From positions 544,001-608,000 of the forward strand of contig CAWBZI010000002.1 in the NCBI GenBank assembly GCA_963793265.1: a stretch of 64,000 nucleotides of DNA, written 5' to 3'. This DNA comes from an uncultured cyanobacterium (GTDB lineage: Bacteria > Cyanobacteriota > Cyanobacteriia > Phormidesmidales > Phormidesmidaceae). The notes beneath the pieces are model-generated. The model was not told where the DNA came from, searched no databases, and was given only the letters and a program-made list of their open reading frames with translations. The position numbers and the translations under genes are program-made. Positions within the stretch are counted from its first letter, which is position 1. The number at the start of each line of letters is the position of its first letter. Below, piece after piece: positions 39,826 through 51,918 of this stretch.

Positions 39826-40683
39826 GTGCTCAAACGAATTACCTTCTCGCTCATGCTGCTCTTAGGAACCTGGAGTCAGGCCAAACCGGCCCTATCTCAG
39901 GCACTCCTCCCTTACACGCTGCCGCTAGATGAAGAGCGCTTGCAAGCAGACGGTCAAAGCTTAGCTAGAGACGCTGCGCAACTGGCTCAGTTTCAGCAAT
40001 ACGACGAAGCCCTAGCCCGCGCTCAGCTCGCCGCCCAGCTACTGCCTGGCGATGCTGATATCTTGGCTTTGCTCGGAAGCCTTTATCTGCAGGCAAGTGA
40101 GCCCCAGCCCGATCAGGCGATTGAAGCCCTTGGTAGAGCCAAACAGCTCCAGCCTGAAAATTCTTTGGTTATGTTTGCATTAGGGAATGCCTACTTCAGC
40201 CAGCAGCAATACGCTGAAGCTGCCGCATCTATTGAGTCTGGGCTAGACATCGACCCTGAGAATGCTAATGCCTTGTTCGATTTGGGCAACGCCTATTACA
40301 AGCTCAACCGTTACGATCAGGCGATCACACAGTACGAAAAAGCAGCCAGCACCGACCCCAACTTCTGGCCCGCGATCAACAACATTGGCCTGGTCATGTA
40401 CGAATCGGGCGATACCGAAGGCGCTATTAGCCAGTGGCAACGGGCGCTTGAATTGGCTGAGGCCGAAGAGAGTGAGCCCCAGCTTGCGATCGCGGTTGCC
40501 AGATACAGTCAGGGCAACCAGACCCTCGCCAGCAGCGACATTGCCGTTGCCGCTTTAGAGCGCGACCCTCGCTATGCGGATATTGAGTTTCTTAAAGAAA
40601 ATCTGTGGGGCGATCGCCTCATCACGGCCACCGAAAACTTCTTTAATACACCAACGCTCAGAGAATTGATTAGTCAGCTCTAG
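39826..40683 (+). CDS. Secreted TPR protein
   Basis: Signal peptide and several TPR repeats (ALFDLGNAYY, AINNIGLVMYE). Confidence 0.9.
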   Translation: MLKRITFSLMLLLGTWSQAKPALSQALLPYTLPLDEERLQADGQSLARDAAQLAQFQQYDEALARAQLAAQLLPGDADILALLGSLYLQASEPQPDQAIEALGRAKQLQPENSLVMFALGNAYFSQQQYAEAAASIESGLDIDPENANALFDLGNAYYKLNRYDQAITQYEKAASTDPNFWPAINNIGLVMYESGDTEGAISQWQRALELAEAEESEPQLAIAVARYSQGNQTLASSDIAVAALERDPRYADIEFLKENLWGDRLITATENFFNTPTLRELISQL

Positions 40684-40735
40684 ACCCAATCCTCTCGACT
40701 AGCGTCCGTCAACCAGCAGTCTTCAAGCAGTCATT

Positions 40736-40780
40736 AAAAAGAGCGACAGGCCATGTTATTCAGGCCCGTCGCTCTTTTTT
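40736..40780. terminator. Bidirectional intrinsic terminator
   Basis: AAAAAGAGCGAC...GTCGCTCTTTTTT between convergent genes. Confidence 0.8.
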
Positions 40781-40826
40781 GCAATAAATTTGCGATAGAA
40801 TAGTACAGTAGAACTAACTAGAGCCT

Positions 40827-41228
40827 TCAATCTTTATCAGGAATCATCGCCGCAATGTCATCGACAAACTTTTGATGGTCAACTACAGGCTTAGAGATGT
40901 AGCCATCAGCGCCGCTTTGGCTTAGGAAGGTTTCGCGATCACCATCCATCGCATGAGCCGTCACCAAAATCACTGGCACACCTGCCGTCTCAGGATTGCT
41001 CTTAAGCATCTGAGTGATCTCAATCCCGTCTACTGGCTTCCCCTGATAAACACTGTGAGAGAGCGAAACATCCATTAAAATAACGTCTGCCCCCTTGGTC
41101 TGAGCGGTGCTAATCACCTCTTCAACATTCTCGGTATGTTTCACATTCAGCCCCCCTCGCTTCGTCAAAATCTTTGAGAAAACGCGGGCGTTTACCATGT
41201 CGTCTTCCACAATTAGAACGGTCTTCAT
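40827..41228 (-). CDS. Single-domain response regulator (DivK-like)
   Basis: LIVEDD, ILMDV, LVTAHAM, YISKP. Confidence 0.93.
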   Translation of the reverse strand: MKTVLIVEDDMVNARVFSKILTKRGGLNVKHTENVEEVISTAQTKGADVILMDVSLSHSVYQGKPVDGIEITQMLKSNPETAGVPVILVTAHAMDGDRETFLSQSGADGYISKPVVDHQKFVDDIAAMIPDKD

Positions 41229-41616
41229 GACTTTTCTGGACTGAATTTGAACTGAGATTAAACAAAGGTTTAAAGTAACAAAAACCTATCAAAACAAAGG
41301 TACCGAGGCCCCTCTGTAAGAACAGCTTACCCAAGCTAGCATCAAAAAAAATTGATATTTTTGATATTTATTGGATATTTAAGTAACACCCAAGTGTTTC
41401 GTAAGGCCCTTAACATGGCACGATAGCCGCTTAATAAGATTGCAAAAAATTGCAAACCTCAAAGCCAAAACCACATACTTTAGTTGCGGCTTAATGATAC
41501 AAACTAAAGACCGCATTTCAGGAAGCGCATCCTAGAGTATTGCAGTTTTTCGACCCTTCCGTATATCGTTATTCCCGCTTCCTATCCACCCAGCCGATTT
41601 ATTCAGGACTCCATTC

Positions 41617-44124
41617 ATGGCGAAAAAGTTAGACTTTTCCAAAGAGCAGATCGTAACCACCGCACTCCACACCGAAGTGCAGCGATCATATTTGGAATAC
41701 GCCATGAGTGTCATTGTCGGGCGCGCGCTGCCTGACGTACGAGACGGCCTCAAGCCGGTTCATCGGCGCATTCTCTACGCCATGCACGAGCTAGGACTGG
41801 TGCCAGATAGGCCATTCCGAAAATGCGCCCGCGTCGTCGGAGACGTGCTCGGTAAATACCATCCCCACGGCGATCAGGCGGTATACGACGCCCTCGTCCG
41901 CATGGTGCAAGACTTTTCTAGCCGCTACCCGTTGCTCGCAGGCCACGGCAACTTTGGCTCGGTTGATAACGACCCACCAGCGGCCATGCGCTACACCGAA
42001 ACGCGCCTGGCAGAAATCGGCCACAGCGCGCTGTTAGGGGATGTTAGCGAGGCTACGGTCGATTTTGCCGACAACTTCGACAGCTCTCAGCAAGAGCCCG
42101 TTGTGCTGCCCGCGCATTTACCAAATCTGCTGCTCAACGGCAGCTCGGGTATTGCAGTCGGCATGGCCACAAATATTCCGCCGCACAACCTGGGCGAAAT
42201 TATCGACGGTCTGATTGCTCTGATTGACCGGCCCAATCTCTCTAACGACAAGCTGTTTGATCTCATTCCAGGGCCAGATTTTCCAACTGGCGCGGAAATT
42301 ATTGATACTAAAGGCATTCGCGATGCCTACCGCACCGGGCGAGGCGGTATTCCCATTCGCGGGATTGCTAATTTTGAAGAAATCAAGACGGGGAAGGGGA
42401 AGCGATCGCGTCAGGCCATTATCGTCACCGAGCTACCCTATCAGGTCAACAAAGCAAGCTGGATTACCAAGATTGCTAGCCTTGTGAACCAGGGGCGTAT
42501 TGAGGGCATTACAGATATTCGCGACGAGAGCGATCGCGATGGTATGAGAGTGGTGATCGAAGTTAAGCGGGAGGCTCAACCCCACTTAATTTTGAATGAC
42601 CTCTACAAAATGACGCCGCTACAGGTCAACTTTGGCGCACTCATGCTGGCTATCGACGACGGTCAGCCCCGGCAGCTATCGCTCAGAGAAATGCTCGAAG
42701 CCTTTCTTACCTTCCGCGAAGACACGCTGATTCGTCAGTACAATCACGAGCTAGGTCAAAAGCAAAACCGCGCTCACGTTGTTGAAGGTCTGATCGTCGC
42801 ACTCGACAATCTAGATGACGTGATTGAGATATTGCGCGGTGCCGCCGATGGGACGACTGCCAGAGCAGAGTTGCAGTCGCATCTGGACTTGAGCGATCGC
42901 CAGGCAGATAGCATTCTTTCTATGCCCTTGCGCAGGCTCACCGGGTTAGAGCAGCAGAAGCTTCGCGATGAGGCTGAGGAATTGAGCGATCGCATTGACG
43001 AACTCCAGACCCTCATAGACGATCGCTCGGTGCTGATGAAGTCGCTCAAAAAAGAGCTGCGTGCCCTTAAAAAGAAATTCAACGATCCCCGCCGCACTCG
43101 CATCCAAACTGACGCCCAGCGTAAAAAAGAAGAAAAAGTCCTCGCTGAGATTGCCGCTGAAGAAAGCGAGGCCGAATTCGTCCTCGAAATCACTCGCAAA
43201 GGCTACATTCGCCGTTCTGCGCCCAAAACCTACAGTCGCCGCAAAGCCAAAGAAGACTCGCCCGGCAAGCGGCTCGACGAATTCGATGATGTCACCATCC
43301 AGGCCGAGATCACCAATCCCACTCAAGAGATTCTCGTGCTCACCCGCGACGGTAAAGCTTACACCGTCAGCACCAACGACGTACCGCTAGCCCAGCGCAA
43401 CAACAAAGGCGTCCCACTTATCAACCTCCTGCCCCCCGCTGTCGGCAGCGTTCCTGACAGCATCGTCACCCACATCGTTATGACCGAAGAGCGCCTGGCA
43501 CAGCAGCTCATCGTCATCTCCGCCTATGGCCGCGTCAAACGCCTCCCCGCTAAAGAACTCACCAACATCAGCGGTCGTGGCCTCACCGCCCTCAAGCTTA
43601 AAGACGACGACACGCTACTATTTGCCTTCACCGCTGATATTGGAACAGACATCGTTCTTGCCTCATCTGGCGGCAGGCTCCTGCGCTTCCAAATCAACGA
43701 CGATCAGCTCCCCGAAACTAGCCGGACTTCTCAGGGCACCAAAGGCATTCGCCTCACCAAAAACGAAACGCTCGTCGGCGGTGTGCCTGTCAGCGTCAAA
43801 GACAGCCTCCTGCTCGTCTCTCAAAAAGGCTACGGTAAGCGAATGCTCGTCAACAACTTCCGGGCCTCCAATCGGGGCGGCATCGGCTCTCAGTCTTTCA
43901 AGTTCGACTTGAAAAATGACGCGCTAGCCTCCATGATATTGGCGGTTCCAGAAGCCAACGTTACCCTGCTCACCAGCGAAAACCGCTTCGCCCAAATCAA
44001 CATCGACAACATCCCGCTTCAGGGCCGCTCCCAACCCAACGCCCGCCTCGTCACCCCGAACCGCAGCGAAATTATTACAGAAGCCCGCATCACTGACATT
44101 GACGAAGAAGACCTCGACACGTAG
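41617..44124 (+). CDS. gyrA: DNA gyrase/topoisomerase IV subunit A
   Basis: [30 protein letters not shown]-terminal beta-pinwheel without a canonical GyrA box. Confidence 0.9.
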   Translation: MAKKLDFSKEQIVTTALHTEVQRSYLEYAMSVIVGRALPDVRDGLKPVHRRILYAMHELGLVPDRPFRKCARVVGDVLGKYHPHGDQAVYDALVRMVQDFSSRYPLLAGHGNFGSVDNDPPAAMRYTETRLAEIGHSALLGDVSEATVDFADNFDSSQQEPVVLPAHLPNLLLNGSSGIAVGMATNIPPHNLGEIIDGLIALIDRPNLSNDKLFDLIPGPDFPTGAEIIDTKGIRDAYRTGRGGIPIRGIANFEEIKTGKGKRSRQAIIVTELPYQVNKASWITKIASLVNQGRIEGITDIRDESDRDGMRVVIEVKREAQPHLILNDLYKMTPLQVNFGALMLAIDDGQPRQLSLREMLEAFLTFREDTLIRQYNHELGQKQNRAHVVEGLIVALDNLDDVIEILRGAADGTTARAELQSHLDLSDRQADSILSMPLRRLTGLEQQKLRDEAEELSDRIDELQTLIDDRSVLMKSLKKELRALKKKFNDPRRTRIQTDAQRKKEEKVLAEIAAEESEAEFVLEITRKGYIRRSAPKTYSRRKAKEDSPGKRLDEFDDVTIQAEITNPTQEILVLTRDGKAYTVSTNDVPLAQRNNKGVPLINLLPPAVGSVPDSIVTHIVMTEERLAQQLIVISAYGRVKRLPAKELTNISGRGLTALKLKDDDTLLFAFTADIGTDIVLASSGGRLLRFQINDDQLPETSRTSQGTKGIRLTKNETLVGGVPVSVKDSLLLVSQKGYGKRMLVNNFRASNRGGIGSQSFKFDLKNDALASMILAVPEANVTLLTSENRFAQINIDNIPLQGRSQPNARLVTPNRSEIITEARITDIDEEDLDT

Positions 44125-44136
44125 CAGCACAATCCT

Positions 44137-45306
44137 TTGGCCAGAGTCGTCCTCCAGAACATTTCCAAGTCCTTCGATAGCCGCGCTAAAGCTGTCGAAG
44201 ACAAACCTCCGACAAAAGACCCCAAAAGCAAAGCGACGACTAGGCCAGATCCTGCGCGGCCTGTGCTCAGCCAAATAGATCTCACCGTCAACGATGGTGA
44301 GTTTATGGTGCTTGTTGGCCCTTCAGGCTGCGGAAAAAGTACGCTTTTGCGGCTTATTTCCGGGCTCGAAACGCTAACCAGCGGCAATATTCATGTGGGC
44401 GATCGCCTCGTCAACACCCTGCCGCCCAAGCAGCGCGACATCGCCATGGTGTTCCAAAGCTACGCCCTCTACCCACACCTCAGCGTCTATAACAATCTCG
44501 CCTTCGGCCTCCGCCGCAGCCGCCCGCGCCCTTCCAAAACAGAGATTTCCAAGCGCATTCAAAGCGTCGCTGACATGCTTCAGATTGGCGAACTTCTCGA
44601 TCGACTGCCCAAACAGCTCTCTGGTGGTCAAAAGCAACGTGTCGCCTTAGGCCGCGCCATGGCTCGCGATCCCCAAGTCTTTTTAATGGACGAGCCACTT
44701 TCTAACCTTGATGCTAAGCTACGCACCGAAACCAGAGCGCAGATTGTCAGCCTTCAGAGATCGCTCGGCACCACCACTATCTACGTCACCCACGACCAAA
44801 CTGAAGCAATGACGATGGGCGATCGCATCGCCGTCATGAACCAGGGTCAAATTCAGCAAGTCGCCCCCCCGCTAGAACTGTATCGCCAGCCCGCCAACCG
44901 CTTTGTCGCCGCCTTCATTGGCTCTCCACCAATGAACTTCATCCCAGTTACCGCAAAGCTTACGGCGGATGCTGCTCAGCTCGTGCATCCCGATTTTGCG
45001 GTGGCTTTACCTGCTGAATGGAGAGATGCGATCGCCCCCTATCAAAACCAACCCCTCACCCTCGGCATCCGCCCCGAACACATCGCCACCGGTCAAACCC
45101 CAGGCTCCATCCCCATCACCGTCACCCAGCTAGAAGCCCTCGGCAGCGAAACCTACATCCTCGCCACTCTCCCAAACAACCAAACCCTCCAGGCCCGCAT
45201 TCCAGCCGATCAACCCATCCAGCTCGGCAGCATTCTCCAAGTCAGCTTCCCCCCCGCTCAAATCCACCTCTTCGACCCCACAACAGAAGTCGCCGTCCGT
45301 CCATAA
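44137..45306 (+). CDS. Sugar ABC transporter ATPase (MalK/UgpC family)
   Basis: GPSGCGKST, LSGGQKQR, MDEPLSNLD, TOBE-like C-terminus. Confidence 0.93.
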   Translation: MARVVLQNISKSFDSRAKAVEDKPPTKDPKSKATTRPDPARPVLSQIDLTVNDGEFMVLVGPSGCGKSTLLRLISGLETLTSGNIHVGDRLVNTLPPKQRDIAMVFQSYALYPHLSVYNNLAFGLRRSRPRPSKTEISKRIQSVADMLQIGELLDRLPKQLSGGQKQRVALGRAMARDPQVFLMDEPLSNLDAKLRTETRAQIVSLQRSLGTTTIYVTHDQTEAMTMGDRIAVMNQGQIQQVAPPLELYRQPANRFVAAFIGSPPMNFIPVTAKLTADAAQLVHPDFAVALPAEWRDAIAPYQNQPLTLGIRPEHIATGQTPGSIPITVTQLEALGSETYILATLPNNQTLQARIPADQPIQLGSILQVSFPPAQIHLFDPTTEVAVRP

Positions 45307-45369
45307 TCCCAACAAAAAGCCCCACGAAAAAGGCAAAAAGCCACATCGCAGGGACACCAAACCAACACA

Positions 45370-45398
45370 CTCAGAGCCTCATCTTTGGGGACGGGGGC
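45370..45398 (+). repeat. Short dispersed repeat, copy 2
   Basis: CTCAGAGCCTCATCTTTGGGGACGGGGGC. Confidence 0.7.
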
Positions 45399-45422
45399 CT
45401 CCGAATCTCCGAAACTCAAACC

Positions 45423-45845
45423 CTACCCCTCGTCCTCATCCACCATATTCGGGCTAATCAGCGTAATATCAAACTCATCTGGCGCAACCCCCGAAAACGT
45501 ATCCCGCTCCAGTTGATAAAAAATCGCTCGAGCCTGCGGCCCAAAGACAATTTCGTCTTCATTATTCAAATCATGGGCCTGCACCTTCCGCCCATTAATC
45601 AGCATTCCGTTTGCGCTCGGCTTCCCTTTTAAATTGCCGTCCACAATCCGGTAATAGTCTGTCTCATTATCCTTAGGCAACTGCACCAGCGTCGCATGGT
45701 GCCGCGATACAAACTGCGAAGCTAACCGAATATCGCACTTCGGATCGCGACCCAGCGAATACACAGAACTCTCAAGCGAGATCTCACGTCTCCCCTGACT
45801 ATCTTCGACGATCAAAATGCTAGTGAGCTTAGAATCTGAAGACAT
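45423..45845 (-). CDS. FHA domain protein
   Basis: LGRDP, VSRHHA, SANGMLING. Confidence 0.93.
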   Translation of the reverse strand: MSSDSKLTSILIVEDSQGRREISLESSVYSLGRDPKCDIRLASQFVSRHHATLVQLPKDNETDYYRIVDGNLKGKPSANGMLINGRKVQAHDLNNEDEIVFGPQARAIFYQLERDTFSGVAPDEFDITLISPNMVDEDEG

Positions 45846-46062
45846 AATGTCGCCACGCTGCGGTAGTCAAAATACAGACAGCCTATAAAATGCTATTTAG
45901 CCTGAGGTTGCCCGTCTAATCAAGAATACTTTACAACTCTCTCGGCCCTATTTCAGCCCAATAAAAAATTCCATAAAAAAGGAGGGCAGTCCGAAAAAGA
46001 CCACTCTCCTCTTTTGATACCTACAAGCATCACCTATTTAAGTAATCCCTCGGCAGTCAGGT

Positions 46063-47070
46063 CTAAGCCACAGTCTCCGCCAGCACTTTCTCACCCGCCA
46101 TCAGCAAGTCATAAGTCGCCCGCATCTTCAGGCCAACCAACACTTGAAACAAGCCGCTTCCGTTCTTAGAACCGGGATACTCACTGTGCTTCAGCAGCAG
46201 CTCAGTCATTTCACCGTAGTGCTTAGTCGAAGTATTGCTCAAGTGGCTCTCAATATAGATAACCTCTTCCAAGCGGTCGAATTCACCGTCTAGCTCTAGC
46301 ACGGATACCTCATTGCCGTAGTAGCTGTCGGGGCCATAGTGCATCCGCAAACCAGGATAAGAACACGTCAGCTTACGACCGCAAGGAATCCAGTCGATTG
46401 TCGAGCCTTGGTCGAACAGATAGACCGGATCGAAGCCCTTAATACCTTCGCGCTGAATCAAACGTACGCGCAGAATCTTATTTTCCTTATCATCAGGAAT
46501 CAAATTCGTTGGTAAGATTTGAATAACGACATCGGCGTACTGCTTTTGCACGTCAATATAGGCTTCAAAGTCAGGCTTACGAGCATTCACTGCCGCCAGC
46601 ACATCCTCGTACGTATGGCCGCGCTCAGCCATATCGCGCTGAATCTTCCAGTTGATTTTTACTTCATCGCTAATGTCTAAATACACGCTGAAGTCAATCA
46701 GATTGCGGACGCGCTCATCATACAGCGGGTGAAGACCCTCAATCACCACAATCTTATTAGGATGCACCTTCTCAGGCGGATCGAGTTCGCCCGTTTCGTG
46801 GTTGTAAATAGGCTTATCAATCGTGTTGCCTTCCTTCAACGCTTTGATCTGCTCGTACATCAAATCAAAGTTGTTCGCCTTTGGATTCAGCGCAGTTACT
46901 TTCTGCTCCTTACGCTGCTTGCGATCCAAGCTGTGATAGTCATCCAAACAGATAACCGTCATCAGCTCTTCACCAAACAAATCCATCAGGCGACGCAAGA
47001 AAGTGGATTTACCACATCCAGAGTCTCCAGCCACACCGATCAAAACTACTTGGCCTTCTTTACTGGTCAT
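46063..47070 (-). CDS. prk: Phosphoribulokinase
   Basis: GDSGCGKST, CLDDYHSLDR, PCGRKLTCSYPG. Confidence 0.98.
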   Translation of the reverse strand: MTSKEGQVVLIGVAGDSGCGKSTFLRRLMDLFGEELMTVICLDDYHSLDRKQRKEQKVTALNPKANNFDLMYEQIKALKEGNTIDKPIYNHETGELDPPEKVHPNKIVVIEGLHPLYDERVRNLIDFSVYLDISDEVKINWKIQRDMAERGHTYEDVLAAVNARKPDFEAYIDVQKQYADVVIQILPTNLIPDDKENKILRVRLIQREGIKGFDPVYLFDQGSTIDWIPCGRKLTCSYPGLRMHYGPDSYYGNEVSVLELDGEFDRLEEVIYIESHLSNTSTKHYGEMTELLLKHSEYPGSKNGSGLFQVLVGLKMRATYDLLMAGEKVLAETVA

Positions 47071-47514
47071 AGGGTCCTCTACAACAAAGTCAAAATTATT
47101 TTTAAAGAGCTTCTTTGAGCAGGCAAACGAACGTTCCCTATCCCAATCGCCGCTATTGCCAAGCCCTTACACCAAAGGCCATAGCCAGCAACACACATCC
47201 ATTGAGGTCATCAACGGCAGTTGACAAATCACAGAAGTTTATGATTCGCAACTTTTGATTACGTATATCAAATCTTATCAGACACTACGACTTGCGAACA
47301 AGCGGCCCTTGATTTACAGCCCACATAAAACCCCTTGTTTAATGGCACGTCAGCTAACCCTGACGTGATCGCCTACCCAAATAATATTTTTTGATTAACA
47401 TAAAACACAGAAGCAACATCGAGAAAACCGGCAGAGCATCAAGACACGCCTTTAGGAAGATAAGCCGCAAGGTGAAATCAATCAGCTCAAAATGATAATC
47501 TATTCTCCATATAG

Positions 47515-48774
<1,260 letters not shown>

Positions 48775-48843
48775 AGCCAGACTACTCTGTGCGCTTGCTG
48801 AGTACTACATTTGGTTGAGCGTCTAAGCGTATTCGACAAATCT

Positions 48844-48879
48844 TAAAGGAGGGGCATTCCACGGAACGTCCCTCCTTTA
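48844..48879 (+). terminator. Hairpin terminator after petH
   Basis: TAAAGGAGGGGCATTCC-AC-GGAACGTCCCTCCTTTA. Confidence 0.65.
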
Positions 48880-48882
48880 CAA

Positions 48883-50238
48883 TTGGAAAGGTATTTTTGC
48901 GGGTTCCGAACATTGGATTCAAAGGCGGCATTGAAGGTAGGGCTACTAGGATTAGGCACGGTGGGCACAGGCGTTGCCAAAATCCTTTTAGATCCTCAAG
49001 GTCGCAATCCTTTGCTCAAAGATGTGGAGATTAGTCGGGTGGGTGTGCGATCGCTCAAACCCCGAGACACTCCCCTCCCCAACACTATCTTCACCACCGA
49101 TCTCGGCAGCATCGTCACCGATCCTAATATCGACGTTGTAATTGAAGTGATTGGCGGCTTAGAACCTGCGCGATCGCTGATTCTCACTGCCATCAAAAAC
49201 GGCAAACACATCATCACCGCCAATAAAGCTGTCATCTCCCGCTATGGCGAAGAAATTTACGAAGCCGCTACCGCCGCAGGGGTCTACGTTACCGTCGAGG
49301 CCGCAGTCGGCGGCGGTATTCCTGTCATCACACCGCTGAAGCAAGCTCTCAGCGTAAACCGCATCCAAACCGTGATGGGCATTATCAACGGCACCACTAA
49401 CTACATTCTCACCCGAATGCAAAACGAGGGTGGCGACTTTGAGCCCATTCTTACTGACGCTCAGCAGCTAGGCTACGCCGAAGCCGACCCGACTGCTGAC
49501 GTAGATGGCTTAGATGCTGCTGATAAAATTGCTATTTTGGCGTCACTTGCCTTTGGCGGTCGCATCAACCGCGACAATATTTACTGCGAAGGTATCCGTA
49601 ACGTGAGCGCCGCTGATATTACGTATGCTGAAAATTTAGGCTTTGTGATTAAGCTGTTAGCGATCGCCAAACTCCCCGATAGTCCATCCAGCAGCTCACC
49701 TGACAGCACAAATACCTCAGACAGCATTCAAGTCCGCGTTCACCCCACTCTAGTACCCACCAGCCATCCCCTCGCCAGCGTCAACGACGTAAACAACGCC
49801 GTCCTCGTCGAAGGCGATCCCATCGGCCAGGTCATGTTCTATGGCCCTGGCGCAGGAGAAGGCCCCACCGCCAGCGCTGTCGTCTCCGACCTCCTACTCA
49901 TCGCCTCCAGTCTCGCCAACGGCACAAAGCCAAATCCCTTACTTACCTGCCCGCACCATCACACCCTCAGCATCATTCCTAACGCCGAAGTTGTCACCCG
50001 CCTTTACGTCCGCCTCCTCGTAAAAGACAGCCCTGGCGTCATCGGCAAACTCGGCACCTGCTTCGGCACCCACAGCGTCAGCCTAGAATCCATCGTCCAA
50101 ATCGGCATTCAAAACGGCCAGGTAGAACTCGTCGTTGTCACTCACGAAGTCCCAGAGGGCTCTTTCCAAAAAGCCCTTGCCGAGATCCGTCAGTTTGAAG
50201 AAGTTATCGATATTCCCAGCCTTCTCCACGTTCTTTAG
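48883..50238 (+). CDS. hom: Homoserine dehydrogenase with ACT domain
   Basis: GLGTVG, TANKA, EAAVGGGIP, NGTTNYIL, GYAEADP; start probably a downstream TTG. Confidence 0.95.
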   Translation: MERYFCGFRTLDSKAALKVGLLGLGTVGTGVAKILLDPQGRNPLLKDVEISRVGVRSLKPRDTPLPNTIFTTDLGSIVTDPNIDVVIEVIGGLEPARSLILTAIKNGKHIITANKAVISRYGEEIYEAATAAGVYVTVEAAVGGGIPVITPLKQALSVNRIQTVMGIINGTTNYILTRMQNEGGDFEPILTDAQQLGYAEADPTADVDGLDAADKIAILASLAFGGRINRDNIYCEGIRNVSAADITYAENLGFVIKLLAIAKLPDSPSSSSPDSTNTSDSIQVRVHPTLVPTSHPLASVNDVNNAVLVEGDPIGQVMFYGPGAGEGPTASAVVSDLLLIASSLANGTKPNPLLTCPHHHTLSIIPNAEVVTRLYVRLLVKDSPGVIGKLGTCFGTHSVSLESIVQIGIQNGQVELVVVTHEVPEGSFQKALAEIRQFEEVIDIPSLLHVL

Positions 50239-51146
50239 ATGTCTCAAGAAATCTCAGGAGAACGGCTCTATCAATGGAGACAATGGGCTATTCAACTGGC
50301 TCAAGAGAATGACGTTGACCCCAGCGAAGTCGATTGGCTGCTGCAAGGAATCACGCCGCTCAAGGGCCTATCGCTAAGATTAGACAGCTATCGAAATCAG
50401 TCCACTATCACTTGCGACCAATCACTTGATAGACTCACTGCTCAGTGGCAAAGACGAATTCAATGATCGAGTCCCTGTGCAATATCTCGTTGGAGAAACC
50501 CCCTGGCGAAATTTCTCTTTGAACTGTCTCACCTGATGTACTCATTCCTCGGCCCGAAACCGAACTCATCATCGATATCGCCAAGGCTTTAGCAGCACAG
50601 AGCCCTATTGCAGACCAGCAGCTTGTAGAAAATTGGGCCGATTTAGGAACAGGGAGTGGGGCGATCGCACTTGGCCTTGCTGACAGCTTCACCGAAGCCT
50701 CTATCCACGCCGTTGACATCAGCAAGCAAGCCCTAAAAATCGCTCAACACAACGCCAGGAAAAACCACCTTGCTCACCGCATCACCTTCCACAAAGGAAG
50801 CTGGCTATCCCCCTTATCAGCCCTCAAAGGCCAGCTCACTGGCATCGTCTCCAACCCACCCTACATCCCAACCCAAACCGTCCTTACACTTCAGCCCGAA
50901 GTCACCAATCACGAACCCCACCTCGCCCTAGACGGCGGCGTAGATGGCTTAGACTGCACTAAAACCCTCATTACGGATAGCGTTTCCCACTTACGTCCTC
51001 ACGGCATCTGGCTCGCAGAAGTTATGACCGGGCAAGCCGAAACCGTCACCCACTTACTCAGACAGCAAGGAAGCTACACTCACATCACGATTCACCAAGA
51101 TCTTTCAGGCATTGATAGATTCGTCTCTGCTCGCAAAGCACTATAA
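50239..51146 (+). pseudogene. prmC: Release factor glutamine methyltransferase with two +1 frameshifts (about 50461 and 50522; possibly sequencing errors)
   Basis: Restored frames give RVPVQYLVGETPWR, VLIPRPETE, DLGTGSGAIA, SNPPY, ALDGG; 301 aa when repaired. Confidence 0.9.
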
Positions 51147-51176
51147 TCACCAAATAACCTACCCGTATTGAATTCT

Positions 51177-51296
51177 ATGGAAAGCACAGCATCTTACGAT
51201 TGGGTTTTAGGAGTGAGCGCGATCGCCATCCTCCTCGGCGGCCTCTTTCTCCTCTTCCTCTTCCTCCTCTTCGATGGCCTCAACGGCAGTAATTAG
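51177..51296 (+). CDS. Putative 39-aa single-TM small protein
   Basis: MESTASYDWVLGVSAIAILLGGLFLLFLFLLFDGLNGSN; fills the intergenic gap; absent from the ORF track. Confidence 0.55.
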   Translation: MESTASYDWVLGVSAIAILLGGLFLLFLFLLFDGLNGSN

Positions 51297-51302
51297 GAAA
51301 CC

Positions 51303-51854
51303 CTAATAGCAAAGACGACCGCCGTCATCAGGTATCTCCTGTCCTTCAGATGTACGGGTAGCTCCAATTAGAGTAGATACGAACACACAGCGCTTAATAT
51401 CAGGAAATTGTCTGCTAGAAATAGTCACTCTTCCAAGCCTAGAATCTCGAACGTTTCCTTTTGAGTCGAATCGAACGTAGTAAGCACCATCGTCGGTATA
51501 GAAACTTGTCTCTTCTTCGAGGTGTATAGACTTATCTAACGACTCCCAATTAGACGAATTTAAAGAAACCGTTCTCGGGTGAGTTGCCGTTTCAACAATT
51601 CCGGCGTTTTCTCGAATACTAAACTGCCAGAAAGTATTATTTTGCTGCGATTTCAACTGAGCACGCTGAATGTCCTGTCGTAGTGAGCCCTGTGCTGCAA
51701 TAACTTTCTGAGTCTCTAAAAAGCGTAACCAAACGGGAGCCGCAATTGCCGCTAATGTTCCAATAATGGCAACGATTGCTAGCAATTCCAGCATCGTAAA
51801 ACCAGCATCGTAACTGTTTGATTCGTTTTCAATAGGTTTCACAATATATCTCAT
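51303..51854 (-). CDS. Type IV minor pilin/pseudopilin (FimT/GspH-like)
   Basis: AG|FTMLELL prepilin site; C-terminal KRCVFVSTLIG. Confidence 0.9.
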   Translation of the reverse strand: MRYIVKPIENESNSYDAGFTMLELLAIVAIIGTLAAIAAPVWLRFLETQKVIAAQGSLRQDIQRAQLKSQQNNTFWQFSIRENAGIVETATHPRTVSLNSSNWESLDKSIHLEEETSFYTDDGAYYVRFDSKGNVRDSRLGRVTISSRQFPDIKRCVFVSTLIGATRTSEGQEIPDDGGRLCY

Positions 51855-51918
51855 AAATTAGATATGCATTCAGGAAGCTTTGCGATGGTAATCACTTATC
51901 CACGCTGGCATTTCTTTA

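Noticed and set aside
45018..45632. 204-aa + strand ORF
   Set aside because: Overlaps the ABC ATPase out of frame and the FHA gene antisense; Pro/His/Arg-rich by-product of a C-rich tract.
50464..50466. TGA readthrough or autoregulatory recoding in prmC
   Set aside because: Readthrough does not restore the protein; two separate frameshifts are needed and no prfB-like slippery site is present.
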